Source: Plasmodiophora brassicae (Eukaryota). From it: a stretch of 64,000 bases of DNA. A model generated the notes under the pieces. It ran no database searches, was not told the DNA's origin, and saw only the letters and a program-made list of their open reading frames with translations. The stretch lies in contig CP145411.1 in NCBI GenBank assembly GCA_036867785.1, forward strand, positions 310,001-374,000, written 5' to 3'. A program made the translations under genes and the position numbers. Within the stretch, counting starts at the first letter, position 1, and every line of letters starts with the position of its first letter. This document shows, piece after piece, positions 62,501-64,000 of the stretch.

Positions 62501-64000
62501 GGGCATACCCGGGCAGACGTATCCCAATGCGCATGGTCGCTGTGTGGGGTCCACCGTCGCGTTCGCACCGCAGAGAGAGCCGCATGCGCATGGCAGGCAG
62601 GCCGCGCTTGACGTCGCACCAGGCAGGGCATTGTACGTTCCCGCCGGACAGGGCAGTGGACCCGATTGCATCGGGCAGTAATGTCCTGCGGGACCTATCC
62701 GCGTATATCAGTCAGGGGAGGGCCCGTTGTTCCACAGGCGACATACACGGGTACAACGTCGGGTCCCCCGATCGGCAGGTCGACCCAGCTGGACACCTGC
62801 ACGACTCTGAGCGATACAATCCCCGCCAACGTGCGCGAGGGAACCAACGGCAGGCAATCGGAAAGGAGACTGGCGCCAGCAGTGCTTCGGTAGGTGTTTG
62901 CAGGGCAGGCGGCAGGTGTTACGCCACCCAAGCAGTAATATCCCGGCATGCAAGGCGCACCGCCATCGGTGGACAGGACCAGGGGCGTTGGCGTCGAGCA
63001 TCCCTGTTGTACCGGACGACGGTTACTTCTGCGGTTGCAGAGGAGACAACCGAGCGTTCCCCCTTACGCCGACACAGTAGTACCCGGGAGCGACCGAACC
63101 TCCAATCAGCCCGCCGATACAGAACGACAAGGCCGGGCAAATGTCGCACTCGCTGGCATCCGTCAGGTTCGGTCGAGCACCGTAACGACCCGCAGGACAC
63201 GAGCTGGGTATAACGGCGCCCGCCTACGACGAGCCTCGTTCGGCGACGCCAGCGACATGGATCATGTAAACGATATCGTTACCTGGGCGTACGTCCCAAT
63301 CGGTGCAGGAACGGGCACGATCGCACCCTGCGAACAGGTGCTTCCAGCGGGGCATGGGATGCAGGACCTGCAAATGTACCCGTCAGAACGGCTGACACGT
63401 TCGGTTTTGACTCGATCGCTCCGACGTTGATCCCGGGTCGGGTTGATAGGTCCCTCCAGCGCATGGCACAGCGTTGGCGTTGCCGGATCTCGCACACGAG
63501 TGGCCCTTTGGGCAGACGACCTGCGGAATGGCCGACATGTCAGGAACGAAACGGGTCGGCAGGCACGCATGACCAGCAAACCTGCTGTGGGCTACTGGAT
63601 CCCGCTGGGCAGAAATACCCAGGCTGGCACGAACCCGACACCGCTGTGGCACCGACGCTGCTGCAGAACGACGACGGCGTGCATGCCAGGCAGCTCGTGA
63701 TATCGGACGCGCCGAAATTCGGATTGAACATGCCCACTGGGCAGGCGACCGGGGCCGTTGCTCCCTGGAACGCCCGAACCAGTTCATCCTGTGGAACGAC
63801 GGATCGACGCGATTACCCGACGCACCTGTGGGCAATAGGCACCTCGGGGGCAGAGCGTCGTCGAAGGCGACGAACTTCCCGATGCACAGAAGTGCCCCGG
63901 CGCGCAAGGCCCAGATGGGCTGACCAGGCCGGTACCTATAGGGCCATCCCGAACATTGGTGTCATGTGCAACCGAACCCGGACGACAGCTGACCGTTGCA
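56520..64000 (-). CDS. Giant single-pass protein: Cys-rich CPxGxYCP (GCC2/GCC3, ephrin-receptor-like) repeats, TM, long helical cytoplasmic region; 5' end outside window
   Basis: Many CPAGSYCP/CAPGHYCPAG repeats (61100-64000), RRRLL, YPVYQK|DNLLNTNPDFDYGAF, TM WTLIGVLVGVGIVLFVSVLAGA and coiled-coil-like exons. The last exon is DEILDELRSLDQSMQ*. Confidence 0.82.

Overview
A gene-dense eukaryotic window with many short (~45-75 nt) GT-AG introns, so most ORF-track entries are exon fragments or antisense shadows. The combination of ~60% GC, tiny introns, axonemal dynein, CBM18 chitin-binding proteins and a GT60 glycosyltransferase suggests a flagellated, chitin-producing protist such as a plasmodiophorid (Plasmodiophora-like). 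That assignment is inference. About 28 protein-coding genes can be reconstructed: presequence protease (partial), a CBM20-kinesin-14 fusion, two tandem GPI-type surface proteins (one hevein/CBM18), Rab8, GT60, SWIM-RING, two divergent single-pass microproteins, TPR, TLDc, a ~14.7 kb DNAH2-type dynein heavy chain, LRR, mitochondrial uS2, a 2xCBM18 chitin deacetylase, 2xRRM, RhoGEF, histidine acid phosphatase, peroxisomal acyl-CoA oxidase, a small secreted Cys-rich protein, fibrillarin, a PA-like-7TM receptor, PPR, a giant Cys-repeat single-pass protein (partial) and a few hypotheticals. A nested transposon/foldback zone lies at 12.7-16 kb. The most notable observations are the in-exon CBM20-kinesin fusion, a structured non-coding kilobase downstream of fibrillarin, the PA-7TM receptor and the nested palindromic TE complex. 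Exon boundaries were assembled by eye and no database searches were run.
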